In this document: positions 55,755-64,000 of the stretch, one piece after another
How the letters are laid out: every line of letters begins with the position of its first letter
How positions within the stretch are numbered: the first letter of the stretch is position 1
Origin: Sulfolobaceae archaeon
Lineage (GTDB): Archaea > Thermoproteota > Thermoprotei_A > Sulfolobales > Sulfolobaceae
Assembly (NCBI GenBank): GCA_038893355.1
Contig: JAWARQ010000001.1
Span: 224,001 to 288,000 of the forward strand
Direction: 5' to 3'
Length of the DNA stretch: 64,000 nt
Notes under the pieces: model-generated
What the model was told of the DNA's origin: nothing
What the model saw: the letters and a program-made list of their open reading frames with translations, nothing else
Databases searched by the model: none
Position numbers and translations under genes: made by a program

Positions 55755-56210
55755 ATGAAACAAGTAGACATCAAGTCATTGGTAAACTATATAGCATTAA
55801 AGATATTAGGTGGAAGTGATTTCATTATTGAAGCATTAGAAGAGTACTTGGTAAAGGGTGAAGGACCAGCTACTGTAGCTCATAAGTATAATATTTCGAA
55901 GCATCAGCTAAGGGGTTATGCGCAAAGGATAATAGAAAAGAGTGGAAGTGAGATAAGAGCTAAGAAGTTAATTCCGATACTTAAACAAGCAGCTGCTGAT
56001 ATAAAGCCTATAGTAAAGAAGTCACCGGAAGATGAATATTATGTATGTGAATTATGTAATTTAACAATGAATAGAGAAGATGGTGAGGAGCATGTTAGAA
56101 AGAATCATAAAGAGGCTTTAGCTTTAGCTACTAAGAAAATGTTAGATTATATTGAAAGTATTAAACAAGAGAGACAAAAACAAGCCATAATATTTACATC
56201 GGCAAGTTAA
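55755..56210 (+). CDS. Putative DNA-binding protein with HTH-like region and C2H2 zinc finger
   Basis: GPATVAHKYNISKHQLRG and C-x2-C-x12-H-x4-H (CELCNLTMNREDGEEHVRKNH); AGTGA 5 nt before ATG 55755. Confidence 0.7.
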   Translation: MKQVDIKSLVNYIALKILGGSDFIIEALEEYLVKGEGPATVAHKYNISKHQLRGYAQRIIEKSGSEIRAKKLIPILKQAAADIKPIVKKSPEDEYYVCELCNLTMNREDGEEHVRKNHKEALALATKKMLDYIESIKQERQKQAIIFTSAS

Positions 56211-56304
56211 TTATTTTAAAACCTTCCGGGATTTTAGATATTTATACTTCTATTGTTGTATATACTGGGAAATATTTTTATATATGTAATACTATTTTTT
56301 ATTC

Positions 56305-56463
56305 ATGAAACGTGTTATTAGTGTAAGATTGAAAGAAGACATTGTAAAGAAAATAGATAACTTATGTAAAAATAAGAAATTTGAGAATAGAACTGAATTC
56401 TTAAGAAGAGCCTTAGAATTTTATGTCGATCTTCATAAAGATAAAATTAAGAGAAACCTTTAG
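56305..56463 (+). CDS. Ribbon-helix-helix (CopG-like) protein, 52 aa, absent from ORF track
   Basis: MKRVISVRLKEDIVKKIDNLCKNKKFENRTEFLRRALEFYVDLHKDKIKRNL*; TATA-like TTTATATA 20-28 nt upstream (leaderless). Confidence 0.85.
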   Translation: MKRVISVRLKEDIVKKIDNLCKNKKFENRTEFLRRALEFYVDLHKDKIKRNL

Positions 56464-56540
56464 CATTCTATAAATTTAGAATACCTTTTTTTAAGGAATC
56501 ACGAATTTTATAAGCCTTATATTCACGAAAAAATGTCGAT

Positions 56541-57716
56541 ATGAAAATAGTACTTGCATATTCTGGAGGTCTTGATACTACAGTTTCAATAAGGTGGTTA
56601 AAGGAAACCTTTAATGCTGAAGTTATAACAGTTACTGTCGATGTTGGACAGAAAGAGGATTTTAAGAACATAGAAGAAAGAGCTTATATTGCAGGATCAG
56701 TAAAGCATTACTTGATTGATGCTAAAGAGGAGTTTGTAAATGATTATATAATACCTTGCATAAAGATGAATGGTTTATATGAAGATGTTTATCCACTTTC
56801 TACTGCTTTAGCAAGGCCTTTAATAGCTAAAAAAGTTGTAGAAGTTGCCAAGAAAGAAGGAGCAGAGTATATAGCTCATGGTTCTACATCAAAGGGAAAT
56901 GATCAAGTAAGGTTTGATTTATCGTTAAAGGCACTATATCCTGAAGTTAAGATAATTGCACCTGCAAGAATATGGAAGATGACTAGAGAAGATGAAATTG
57001 TATATGCAAGAAGTAGGGGTATACCAATAAAGCAAGAAAGTAGTAAATTTAGCATTGATGAAAATTTATGGGGCAGGAGTATTGAGGGGGACATAATAGC
57101 AGATCCTGCAGTTGAAGTTCCAGAGGAAGCATTTGAATGGACAAAAAGAGTTAAAAATGAACCGTTAAATTTGAGTATAGAATTTGAAAGAGGAATTCCA
57201 ATAAGCATAAATGGTAATAAAATGAATATATTAGATTTAATAATTTATTTAAATAATGAAGTAGGAAAGCATGGTTTTGGTAGAGTGGAACACTTAGAAA
57301 ATAGGGTTGTAGGTTTTAAATCAAGAGAAGTATATGAGGCCCCTGCTGCACTTACATTGATATATGCGCATAAGGATCTAGAAAAGACGGTATATACACC
57401 ATTGGAGTTAAGATTTAAGAAACAAATTGATATTCAATGGGCTGACTTAGTATATCAAGGCTTATGGTTTGAACCCTTGAGGGATACGATTCAGTTAGCA
57501 GGGGATAATTTAAATAGATGGGTTGAAGGTGAAGTTAAGATAAGAGTAGAGGCAAATAGCTTAACGATATTAGGAAGGAGCTCAAGATTTTCGCCATATT
57601 CTGAAAAGATTGCGAGTTACAATAAAGGATGGTATCCTTCTGATGAGATGGCTAGGGGGTTTATAGAGATTTTTGGTATGCATTCATTACTTGCAAGAAG
57701 AGTGAGGTACGGTTAA
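56541..57716 (+). CDS. argG: Argininosuccinate synthase
   Basis: [35 protein letters not shown]. Confidence 0.98.
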   Translation: MKIVLAYSGGLDTTVSIRWLKETFNAEVITVTVDVGQKEDFKNIEERAYIAGSVKHYLIDAKEEFVNDYIIPCIKMNGLYEDVYPLSTALARPLIAKKVVEVAKKEGAEYIAHGSTSKGNDQVRFDLSLKALYPEVKIIAPARIWKMTREDEIVYARSRGIPIKQESSKFSIDENLWGRSIEGDIIADPAVEVPEEAFEWTKRVKNEPLNLSIEFERGIPISINGNKMNILDLIIYLNNEVGKHGFGRVEHLENRVVGFKSREVYEAPAALTLIYAHKDLEKTVYTPLELRFKKQIDIQWADLVYQGLWFEPLRDTIQLAGDNLNRWVEGEVKIRVEANSLTILGRSSRFSPYSEKIASYNKGWYPSDEMARGFIEIFGMHSLLARRVRYG

Positions 57717-59056
57717 TGATATATAGAAAGTGGGGTTCAAATAAAGACTTTGTCATTAAATACACTTCATCCTTAGATAGTGACAAGTATATCATAGAAG
57801 AAGTAAAATTAGTTATGAAAGTTCACGTAATAGAGCTTTTCCTTTCGAAATATATCGACGAAAATGTAGCATCCTCAATTATAAAATCAATAAACAGTTT
57901 TACTATGGACGAGAAAGGAGAATTTGAGGATATTCATGAAGCATTAGAGGCTTATATACTTAAACAATTAGGGGAGGTTGGTGGATGGATAGGATTAGGA
58001 AGAAGTAGAAATGATCACGTTGCTACTGCACTAAGAATTAAAATGAGAAATGAAATTATAGATATTTTAGAAAAAATGCTGAATTTTAGAAAAAATATTA
58101 TAAGTAATGCGGAAGCTAATTTAGAAACTATAATACCATCTTTTACTCATTTTCAACCTGCACAACCTACGACATTAGCTCATTATTTTCTCTATATAGA
58201 AGAAGAACTCTCATCTAGATGGGAGACTCTATTCTCTATTTTAAAATTAGTGAATAGATCACCTTTAGGTAGCGGGGCTATTGTAGGAAGTAACATAGCA
58301 CTAAATAGGCTTAGGGAAGCAGAGATGTTAGGATTTGAGAGTATAATAGAAAATACGTTATATGCAACTTCAACTCGCTCTGATTTGATATCAGCTGTAA
58401 ATGAGATGTGCCTAACGCTAGTTTCATTGAGTAGAATTGCAGAGGATTTAATACTACTATCGTCAAAGTTCGTAGGAATATTAATGTTACCAGACACTCA
58501 TGTTTCAACGAGCAGTTTGATGCCACAAAAAAGAAATGCAGTAACAATGGAAATATTGAGGTCTAAGGCTGGAGTATGCATTGGAATAGTTTCAACTCTT
58601 CTCTCAGTATATAAATCTTTGCCATCTGGATACAATCTTGACTTGCAGGAATTGAATTCATACTACTGGAAAATAACTGAAGATCTTAAAGATGCTATAG
58701 AAGTACTGAATGATATTTTACTTGGTTTAAAGGTTTTAAAAGAGTATGACGATAAGGAGTTTCTATCTACTGATGTAGCTGAAATAAGAAGTGTAAGGGA
58801 AGGAAAACCTTATAGAAAAATTTATAATGAAATTGTAGAAAAGATTAGAGCGGGCGTCTTTATTGCCGAGATGTCTCCTTTAGACTCTATAAAGCTGAAA
58901 AAGGTAGAAGGTTCTCCGAATCCAGAATTTCTAAAAATTTCGATAAAAAACGCAAGTAAAAGAGTAGAAGATCATGAAAATATGTTGAAGTCATATAAGG
59001 AGAGAATACAATTAGGCTTAGCTCAACTTAGGGCGATTGAAAATGAGCTTATGTAA
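57716..59056 (+). CDS. argH: Argininosuccinate lyase
   Basis: EDIHE, GRSRND, THFQPAQP, SSLMPQKRN, GYNLDLQE. Confidence 0.97.
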   Translation: MIYRKWGSNKDFVIKYTSSLDSDKYIIEEVKLVMKVHVIELFLSKYIDENVASSIIKSINSFTMDEKGEFEDIHEALEAYILKQLGEVGGWIGLGRSRNDHVATALRIKMRNEIIDILEKMLNFRKNIISNAEANLETIIPSFTHFQPAQPTTLAHYFLYIEEELSSRWETLFSILKLVNRSPLGSGAIVGSNIALNRLREAEMLGFESIIENTLYATSTRSDLISAVNEMCLTLVSLSRIAEDLILLSSKFVGILMLPDTHVSTSSLMPQKRNAVTMEILRSKAGVCIGIVSTLLSVYKSLPSGYNLDLQELNSYYWKITEDLKDAIEVLNDILLGLKVLKEYDDKEFLSTDVAEIRSVREGKPYRKIYNEIVEKIRAGVFIAEMSPLDSIKLKKVEGSPNPEFLKISIKNASKRVEDHENMLKSYKERIQLGLAQLRAIENELM

Positions 59057-60167
59057 GAGAGGTTATAAGGCCAGATTATATCTTGAAGATGGAACAATAA
59101 TTGAAGGATGTGGATTTGGTGCAAGGACTAAGAGATTTGGTGAACTGGTCTTCACAACTGCAATGAATGGATATCCCGAAAGTATGACTGACCCATCTTA
59201 TAAGGGTCAAATTCTGATAATCACTCATCCATTAGTAGGAAATTATGGCGTTCCTAAACCACAATACGAAGAAGGGATTTTAAGGAACTTTGAATCAGAA
59301 AAGATTCAGATTGAAGGTCTAGTAGTAAGTGAAGAAACAGATCCTAGTAAATGGAATTCTGTAATGAGTTTACATGAATGGATGAGTAGTGAAGGAGTAC
59401 CTGGAATATCTAATGTAGATACGAGAATGTTAGTGAAGAAAGTAAGAAATTATGGTGTAATGAGTGGTGTGATTGTAACTTCTGAAGATCTAGAACTAGA
59501 TTATGAACTATTTAAGTCAAAGTATGATGAAATTGATTTTATAAGTAAAGTCTCGCCTAAGGAACCAATAATTCATAGAGGATTATCAGAAGAGACAATA
59601 GTCGTTGTAGACTGTGGAATTAAACATGGAATATTATATGAATTACATAAACTAGGTTTTACGATTGTAAGAGTTCCATGTAGGTCAATTGCTAATGAGA
59701 TAATTAAATACAATCCAGTTGGTATAGTGTATAGCAATGGTCCAGGGAATCCGTTATTATTAAGAGACGTAATTAACGTCTTTAAGGAAATTTCAGAGTA
59801 TAAGATTCCTATATTAGGAATATGCTTAGGTCATCAGATTGCAGCAATTGCATTTGGTGGTAAGGTTAGAAAGATGAAGTTTGGACATAGGGCAATAAAT
59901 AAGCCGGTAGTAGATTTGAATACAAATAGGTGTTACATTTCTACTCATAATCACGGTTATGCAATGTTATCTAAATCGGATATACCTATGAATACGAAAG
60001 TATGGTTCGTGAATCCAGATGACGAAACAATTGAAGGACTTATTTACGAGAAATACCCAATCATTACCGTTCAATTCCATCCAGAGGCAAGACCCGGACC
60101 ATGGGATACGACTTGGATATTTAGAAAATTTGAATTAATGGTGAGAAAGTATGAAGGAAAGTATTAA
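59043..60167 (+). CDS. carA: Carbamoyl-phosphate synthase small subunit
   Basis: [29 protein letters not shown]. Confidence 0.98.
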   Translation: MSLCKRGYKARLYLEDGTIIEGCGFGARTKRFGELVFTTAMNGYPESMTDPSYKGQILIITHPLVGNYGVPKPQYEEGILRNFESEKIQIEGLVVSEETDPSKWNSVMSLHEWMSSEGVPGISNVDTRMLVKKVRNYGVMSGVIVTSEDLELDYELFKSKYDEIDFISKVSPKEPIIHRGLSEETIVVVDCGIKHGILYELHKLGFTIVRVPCRSIANEIIKYNPVGIVYSNGPGNPLLLRDVINVFKEISEYKIPILGICLGHQIAAIAFGGKVRKMKFGHRAINKPVVDLNTNRCYISTHNHGYAMLSKSDIPMNTKVWFVNPDDETIEGLIYEKYPIITVQFHPEARPGPWDTTWIFRKFELMVRKYEGKY

Positions 60168-63100
60168 AAAAGTATTAGTAATAGGCTCAGGGGCTATAAA
60201 GATAGCAGAAGCAGCAGAATTTGACTATAGTGGTTCTCAAGCACTTAAGGCCTTAAAAGAAGAAGGGATTACTACAATATTAGTAAACTCTAATGTAGCT
60301 ACAGTACAAACTAGTTATAAATTTGCAGATAAGGTATACCTTTTACCAGTTACTTGGTGGGCAGTGGAAAAAGTTATAGAAAGAGAAAGACCAGATGGTA
60401 TATTAATCGGATTTGGAGGTCAAACTGCACTTAATGTTGGAGTAGATCTCGCAGATAGGGGGATTTTAGATAGATATGGGGTAAAAGTGTTAGGAACACC
60501 TATCAGAGGTATAAAGAGGGCGTTAAGTAGGAAAGAGTTTCAAGAGACTATGAAAAGAGTTGGATTGCCAGTACCGCCTGGCGCCTCTGCAAAATCTGAA
60601 GATGAAGCATTAAATATTGCAAAAAAAGTGGGCTATCCGGTAATGGTAAGAGTGAGTTTTAACCTAGGCGGCGGTGGTTCCTTTGTTGCATGGAATGAAA
60701 GTGATATGGCACAGAGACTTAAGAGAGCATTTTCGCAGAGTTATATAGGAGAAATTTTAGTCGAGAAGTATCTATATCATTGGAAAGAATTAGAGTATGA
60801 AGTTATGAGAGATTACAAAGGGAATTCTGCGGTTATTGCATGTATTGAGAATTTAGATCCAATGGGTATACATACTGGTGAGTCTACGGTAATTTCTCCA
60901 TGCCAAACACTCGATAATTTAGAATTTCAGAACATGAGGACTGATTCTATTAAGGTTGCTGAGTCAATAGAATTAGTTGGAGAATGTAATGTTCAGTTCG
61001 CATTAGATCCAAATAGTTATACATATTATGTGATAGAAACTAATCCTAGAATGTCTAGATCAAGTGCATTAGCAAGTAAAGTTACTGGTTATCCATTAGC
61101 CTACGTTTCTGCAAAGCTGGCATTAGGTTATACTCTTCAAGAGATTCTAAATAAAGTGTCTGGAGTAACTTGTGCATGCTTTGAGCCTAGCTTAGATTAT
61201 GTTGTAATAAAGATACCAAGATGGGATTTACAAAAGTTCGAGGATGTAGATCAAAGTATTTCTAGTGAAATGATGAGTGTAGGAGAAGTTATGAGTATAG
61301 CCAGGTCATTTGAAGAAGCGTTACAAAAAGCAATAAGAATGTTAGATATTGGTGAAATAGGATTAGTAGGAGGAAAAATTTATGAGTCTAGGATGAGTAA
61401 GGAAGAGGCACTAAACGCATTAAGAAATGCAAGACCGTATTGGTTTTTATATGCAGCTAAAGCTTTTAAAGAAGGTGCTACGATAGAGGAAGTTTATGAG
61501 GCTTATGGTGTAGATCCATTCTTCCTGAAAAAGATAAAAGAAGTTGTAGATTTCTATGAATCATTAAAGTTAAATAAGAATTTAAATAGGGATATACTCT
61601 ATAAAGCTAAGAAGCTCGGATTTAGTGATCTTCAGATAGCTAAAGCTGTTGGAATTAGTGAAGAGGAAGTCAGAAATCTAAGATTAAAATACTCAATAGA
61701 ACCGGTAATTAAAAGGATAGACACGCTAGCTGGTGAGTGGCCATCAGTTACTAATTATTTATACTTAACTTATAATGGTTCAGAGGACGATATAGAACGT
61801 GAACAGTCTGATAATAAACTCCTAGTAGTAGGTGCAGGAGGGTTTAGAATAGGCGTCTCTGTAGAATTCGATTGGAGTGTTGTTGCACTTTATGATGCTG
61901 CAACAAATTATTTTGATAATGTTGCTGTGTTGAACTATAACCCAGAGACAGTAAGTACTGATTGGGACGTTTCTCGTAATTTATTCTTTGATGAGATAAG
62001 TGTTGAAAGAATATTAGACATTGCAAGGAAAGTTGGATATAATAAAGTTGCGCTTTTCGGAGGAGGGCAAATAGGTAATAATATAGCTAAAAAGTTAGAG
62101 GAGAATGGAATTTTGATCTTTGGAACTTCGGGTAAGGCTGTGGATACTGCTGAGGATAGGGAGAAGTTTTCTAGACTCTTAGATAAGTTAGGTATAAAGC
62201 AACCGGAGTGGATTTCAGCTAAATCTAAAGAGGAGATTAGAAGATTTGTGGATCAAATCGGATTTCCAGTCATAATTAGACCTAGCTATGTTTTAGGAGG
62301 GAGTGCGATGTTTATAGCATGGAATGAAGAGGAATTATGGGGCTATTTATCTAAGGCTACAGAGGTTTCGAGGGAACATCCAGTAGTAATATCAAAGTAT
62401 CTCGATAATGCTATAGAAGCAGAAATTGATGCAGCTTCTGATGGTAAAAGTGTTGTTGGCGTTGTAATTGAGCATGTTGAAGAAGCTGGAGTTCATAGCG
62501 GTGATGCTACGATGTCAATTCCAACTAGGTTACTTGAAAGAGACGTCGTTAAGAAAATGAAGGAATATGTATTAAGAATTGCAAGAGAATTAAATATTAA
62601 GGGACCGTTTAATACGCAGTTTGTAGTAAAGAATGGAATTCCGTATATAATAGAATTAAACTTAAGGGCTAGCAGATCAATGCCATTCTCTAGCAAGGCT
62701 AAAGGAATTAATATAATAAAAGTAGCTGTTGATGCTATTGTTAAGGGATTGAAGCTAGAAGAGGAGTTTTACGAACCGGAAAGTAAGAGTTGGGCTGTAA
62801 AATCTCCTCAATTTTCTTGGGCAAGATTAAGAAGAGCATATCCTTTCTTAGGCCCTGAGATGAGAAGTACAGGTGAGGTTGCTGCATTTGGTTTTAGTTT
62901 CTATGACGCATTATTAAAGAGTTGGTTATCAGTCCAGCCTAATCGCTTACCCGAAAAAGGTAGTATTGCGCTAGTTTATGGTAAATCTAATGTTAGTTAT
63001 TTGAGGGAAAGTGCTATGAATTTAGCAGAATATGGAGTAGATGTGTACTCTTTAGAAGAGATTCCGTTAGACTCTTATCCTACTTTGTCCGTTAAAGAGG

Positions 63101-63306
63101 CTTTAAATTACATTCTCTCTAAAAAAGTTAGTATAATAATAACTGATGGATATCTCAAGCAAATTGACTATCTTATAAGAAGGAGTGCAGTAGATATGAA
63201 CATTCCATTAATATTAAATGGCAGGTTAGGAAAAGAAGTTACCAAATCTTTCCTAATACAAGATATTTCCTTCCTAGAAATGAGAGAGTATGGCGGGGGA
63301 ATATGA
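60151..63306 (+). CDS. carB: Carbamoyl-phosphate synthase large subunit
   Basis: AEFDYSG, duplicated ATP-grasp domains, [30 protein letters not shown]. Confidence 0.99.
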   Translation: MKESIKKVLVIGSGAIKIAEAAEFDYSGSQALKALKEEGITTILVNSNVATVQTSYKFADKVYLLPVTWWAVEKVIERERPDGILIGFGGQTALNVGVDLADRGILDRYGVKVLGTPIRGIKRALSRKEFQETMKRVGLPVPPGASAKSEDEALNIAKKVGYPVMVRVSFNLGGGGSFVAWNESDMAQRLKRAFSQSYIGEILVEKYLYHWKELEYEVMRDYKGNSAVIACIENLDPMGIHTGESTVISPCQTLDNLEFQNMRTDSIKVAESIELVGECNVQFALDPNSYTYYVIETNPRMSRSSALASKVTGYPLAYVSAKLALGYTLQEILNKVSGVTCACFEPSLDYVVIKIPRWDLQKFEDVDQSISSEMMSVGEVMSIARSFEEALQKAIRMLDIGEIGLVGGKIYESRMSKEEALNALRNARPYWFLYAAKAFKEGATIEEVYEAYGVDPFFLKKIKEVVDFYESLKLNKNLNRDILYKAKKLGFSDLQIAKAVGISEEEVRNLRLKYSIEPVIKRIDTLAGEWPSVTNYLYLTYNGSEDDIEREQSDNKLLVVGAGGFRIGVSVEFDWSVVALYDAATNYFDNVAVLNYNPETVSTDWDVSRNLFFDEISVERILDIARKVGYNKVALFGGGQIGNNIAKKLEENGILIFGTSGKAVDTAEDREKFSRLLDKLGIKQPEWISAKSKEEIRRFVDQIGFPVIIRPSYVLGGSAMFIAWNEEELWGYLSKATEVSREHPVVISKYLDNAIEAEIDAASDGKSVVGVVIEHVEEAGVHSGDATMSIPTRLLERDVVKKMKEYVLRIARELNIKGPFNTQFVVKNGIPYIIELNLRASRSMPFSSKAKGINIIKVAVDAIVKGLKLEEEFYEPESKSWAVKSPQFSWARLRRAYPFLGPEMRSTGEVAAFGFSFYDALLKSWLSVQPNRLPEKGSIALVYGKSNVSYLRESAMNLAEYGVDVYSLEEIPLDSYPTLSVKEALNYILSKKVSIIITDGYLKQIDYLIRRSAVDMNIPLILNGRLGKEVTKSFLIQDISFLEMREYGGGI

Positions 63307-64000
63307 AGGTAGCTATTGTTTTAGATATTGTTAGGCAGGAGGAAAAGCTAATAATAAAGGCGTTAGAAAGTCAAAAAATTCCTTATGAGATAATAAATGT
63401 AAATCAAGAACCATTACCTTTTAATAGGACTCTTGCTAGATTTAATGTTGCAATTATAAGACCAATCAGTATGTATAAGGCATTATATAGTGCGGCGGTT
63501 TTTGAAAGCGTTGATGTTCATGCTATAAATTCTATGCAGACAATTTCTATATGCGGTGATAAAATTTTAACGTATTCAAAATTATACAAAAACGGAATAC
63601 CAATCCCCGACTCCATAATTGCAATGTCTCCAGATGCAGTGCTAAAGGCTTATGAACAAAAAGGTTTTCCACTAATAGATAAACCACCAATTGGAAGTTG
63701 GGGTAGAATGGTGTCTTTAGTTAGAGATATTTTTGAGGGTAAGATGATCATAGAGCATAGGGAGATGCTTAATAATGCAGCATTAAAGACTCACATTATT
63801 CAAGAGTACGTGAACAATAGGAATAGGGATATAAGATGTCTAGTGCTTGGAAAAGAAGTGTTAGGATGTTATGCAAGGGTAATTAATAAAGAAGAATGGA
63901 GGGCTAATGTAGCTTTAGGCGGTATACCTACACCAATACAACAAGATGAAATCTTACATAAAATTGCATTAAAAGCAGCAGAGATAGTAGGAGGAGAATT
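63303..64000 (+). CDS. argX: LysX/ArgX family RimK-like ligase, likely LysW-glutamate ligase ArgX (truncated at window end)
   Basis: ATG 63303 (ATGA overlap with carB): [16 protein letters not shown]...CGDK...KPPIGSWGR...WRANVALGG; located in the arg cluster. Confidence 0.85.
   Translation, partial: MKVAIVLDIVRQEEKLIIKALESQKIPYEIINVNQEPLPFNRTLARFNVAIIRPISMYKALYSAAVFESVDVHAINSMQTISICGDKILTYSKLYKNGIPIPDSIIAMSPDAVLKAYEQKGFPLIDKPPIGSWGRMVSLVRDIFEGKMIIEHREMLNNAALKTHIIQEYVNNRNRDIRCLVLGKEVLGCYARVINKEEWRANVALGGIPTPIQQDEILHKIALKAAEIVGGE

Overview
Gene-dense, AT-rich core-genome segment of a Sulfolobales (Sulfolobaceae-like) crenarchaeon. From memory, gene order matches the Sulfolobus/Saccharolobus region running from the A-type ATP synthase to argX. 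It holds ATP synthase genes, proS, rps26e, pdxST, PINA/hjc, ilvBHC, lipid genes (DGGGP synthase, a GGR-like oxidoreductase, a likely GrsA ring synthase), PBP2, SAM decarboxylase, leuS, a complete his operon, serS, TFS2, Lrp, the bipolar pyr cluster, a CdvB3-like gene, taw3, queE, a pur cluster and argGH-carAB-argX. By eye I saw no rRNA, tRNA, CRISPR array or mobile element. The ORF track misses two small genes: an ATP synthase small subunit (5635-5796) and an RHH regulator (56305-56463). The most interesting signal is a possible layer of translational control on amino-acid and polyamine genes. First, ilvC and leuS each have an ATA (Ile) codon at the position where the window's other SD-led genes have their start codon, and hisI may use ACG. 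Second, putative leaderless micro-ORFs sit at the predicted transcription starts of SAM decarboxylase (MGVGG*) and ilvB (MKKGDR*, then a 34-aa peptide) and overlap the downstream starts. These are sequence observations plus inference. No searches or computations were run, and family assignments come from motif recognition and recalled synteny.
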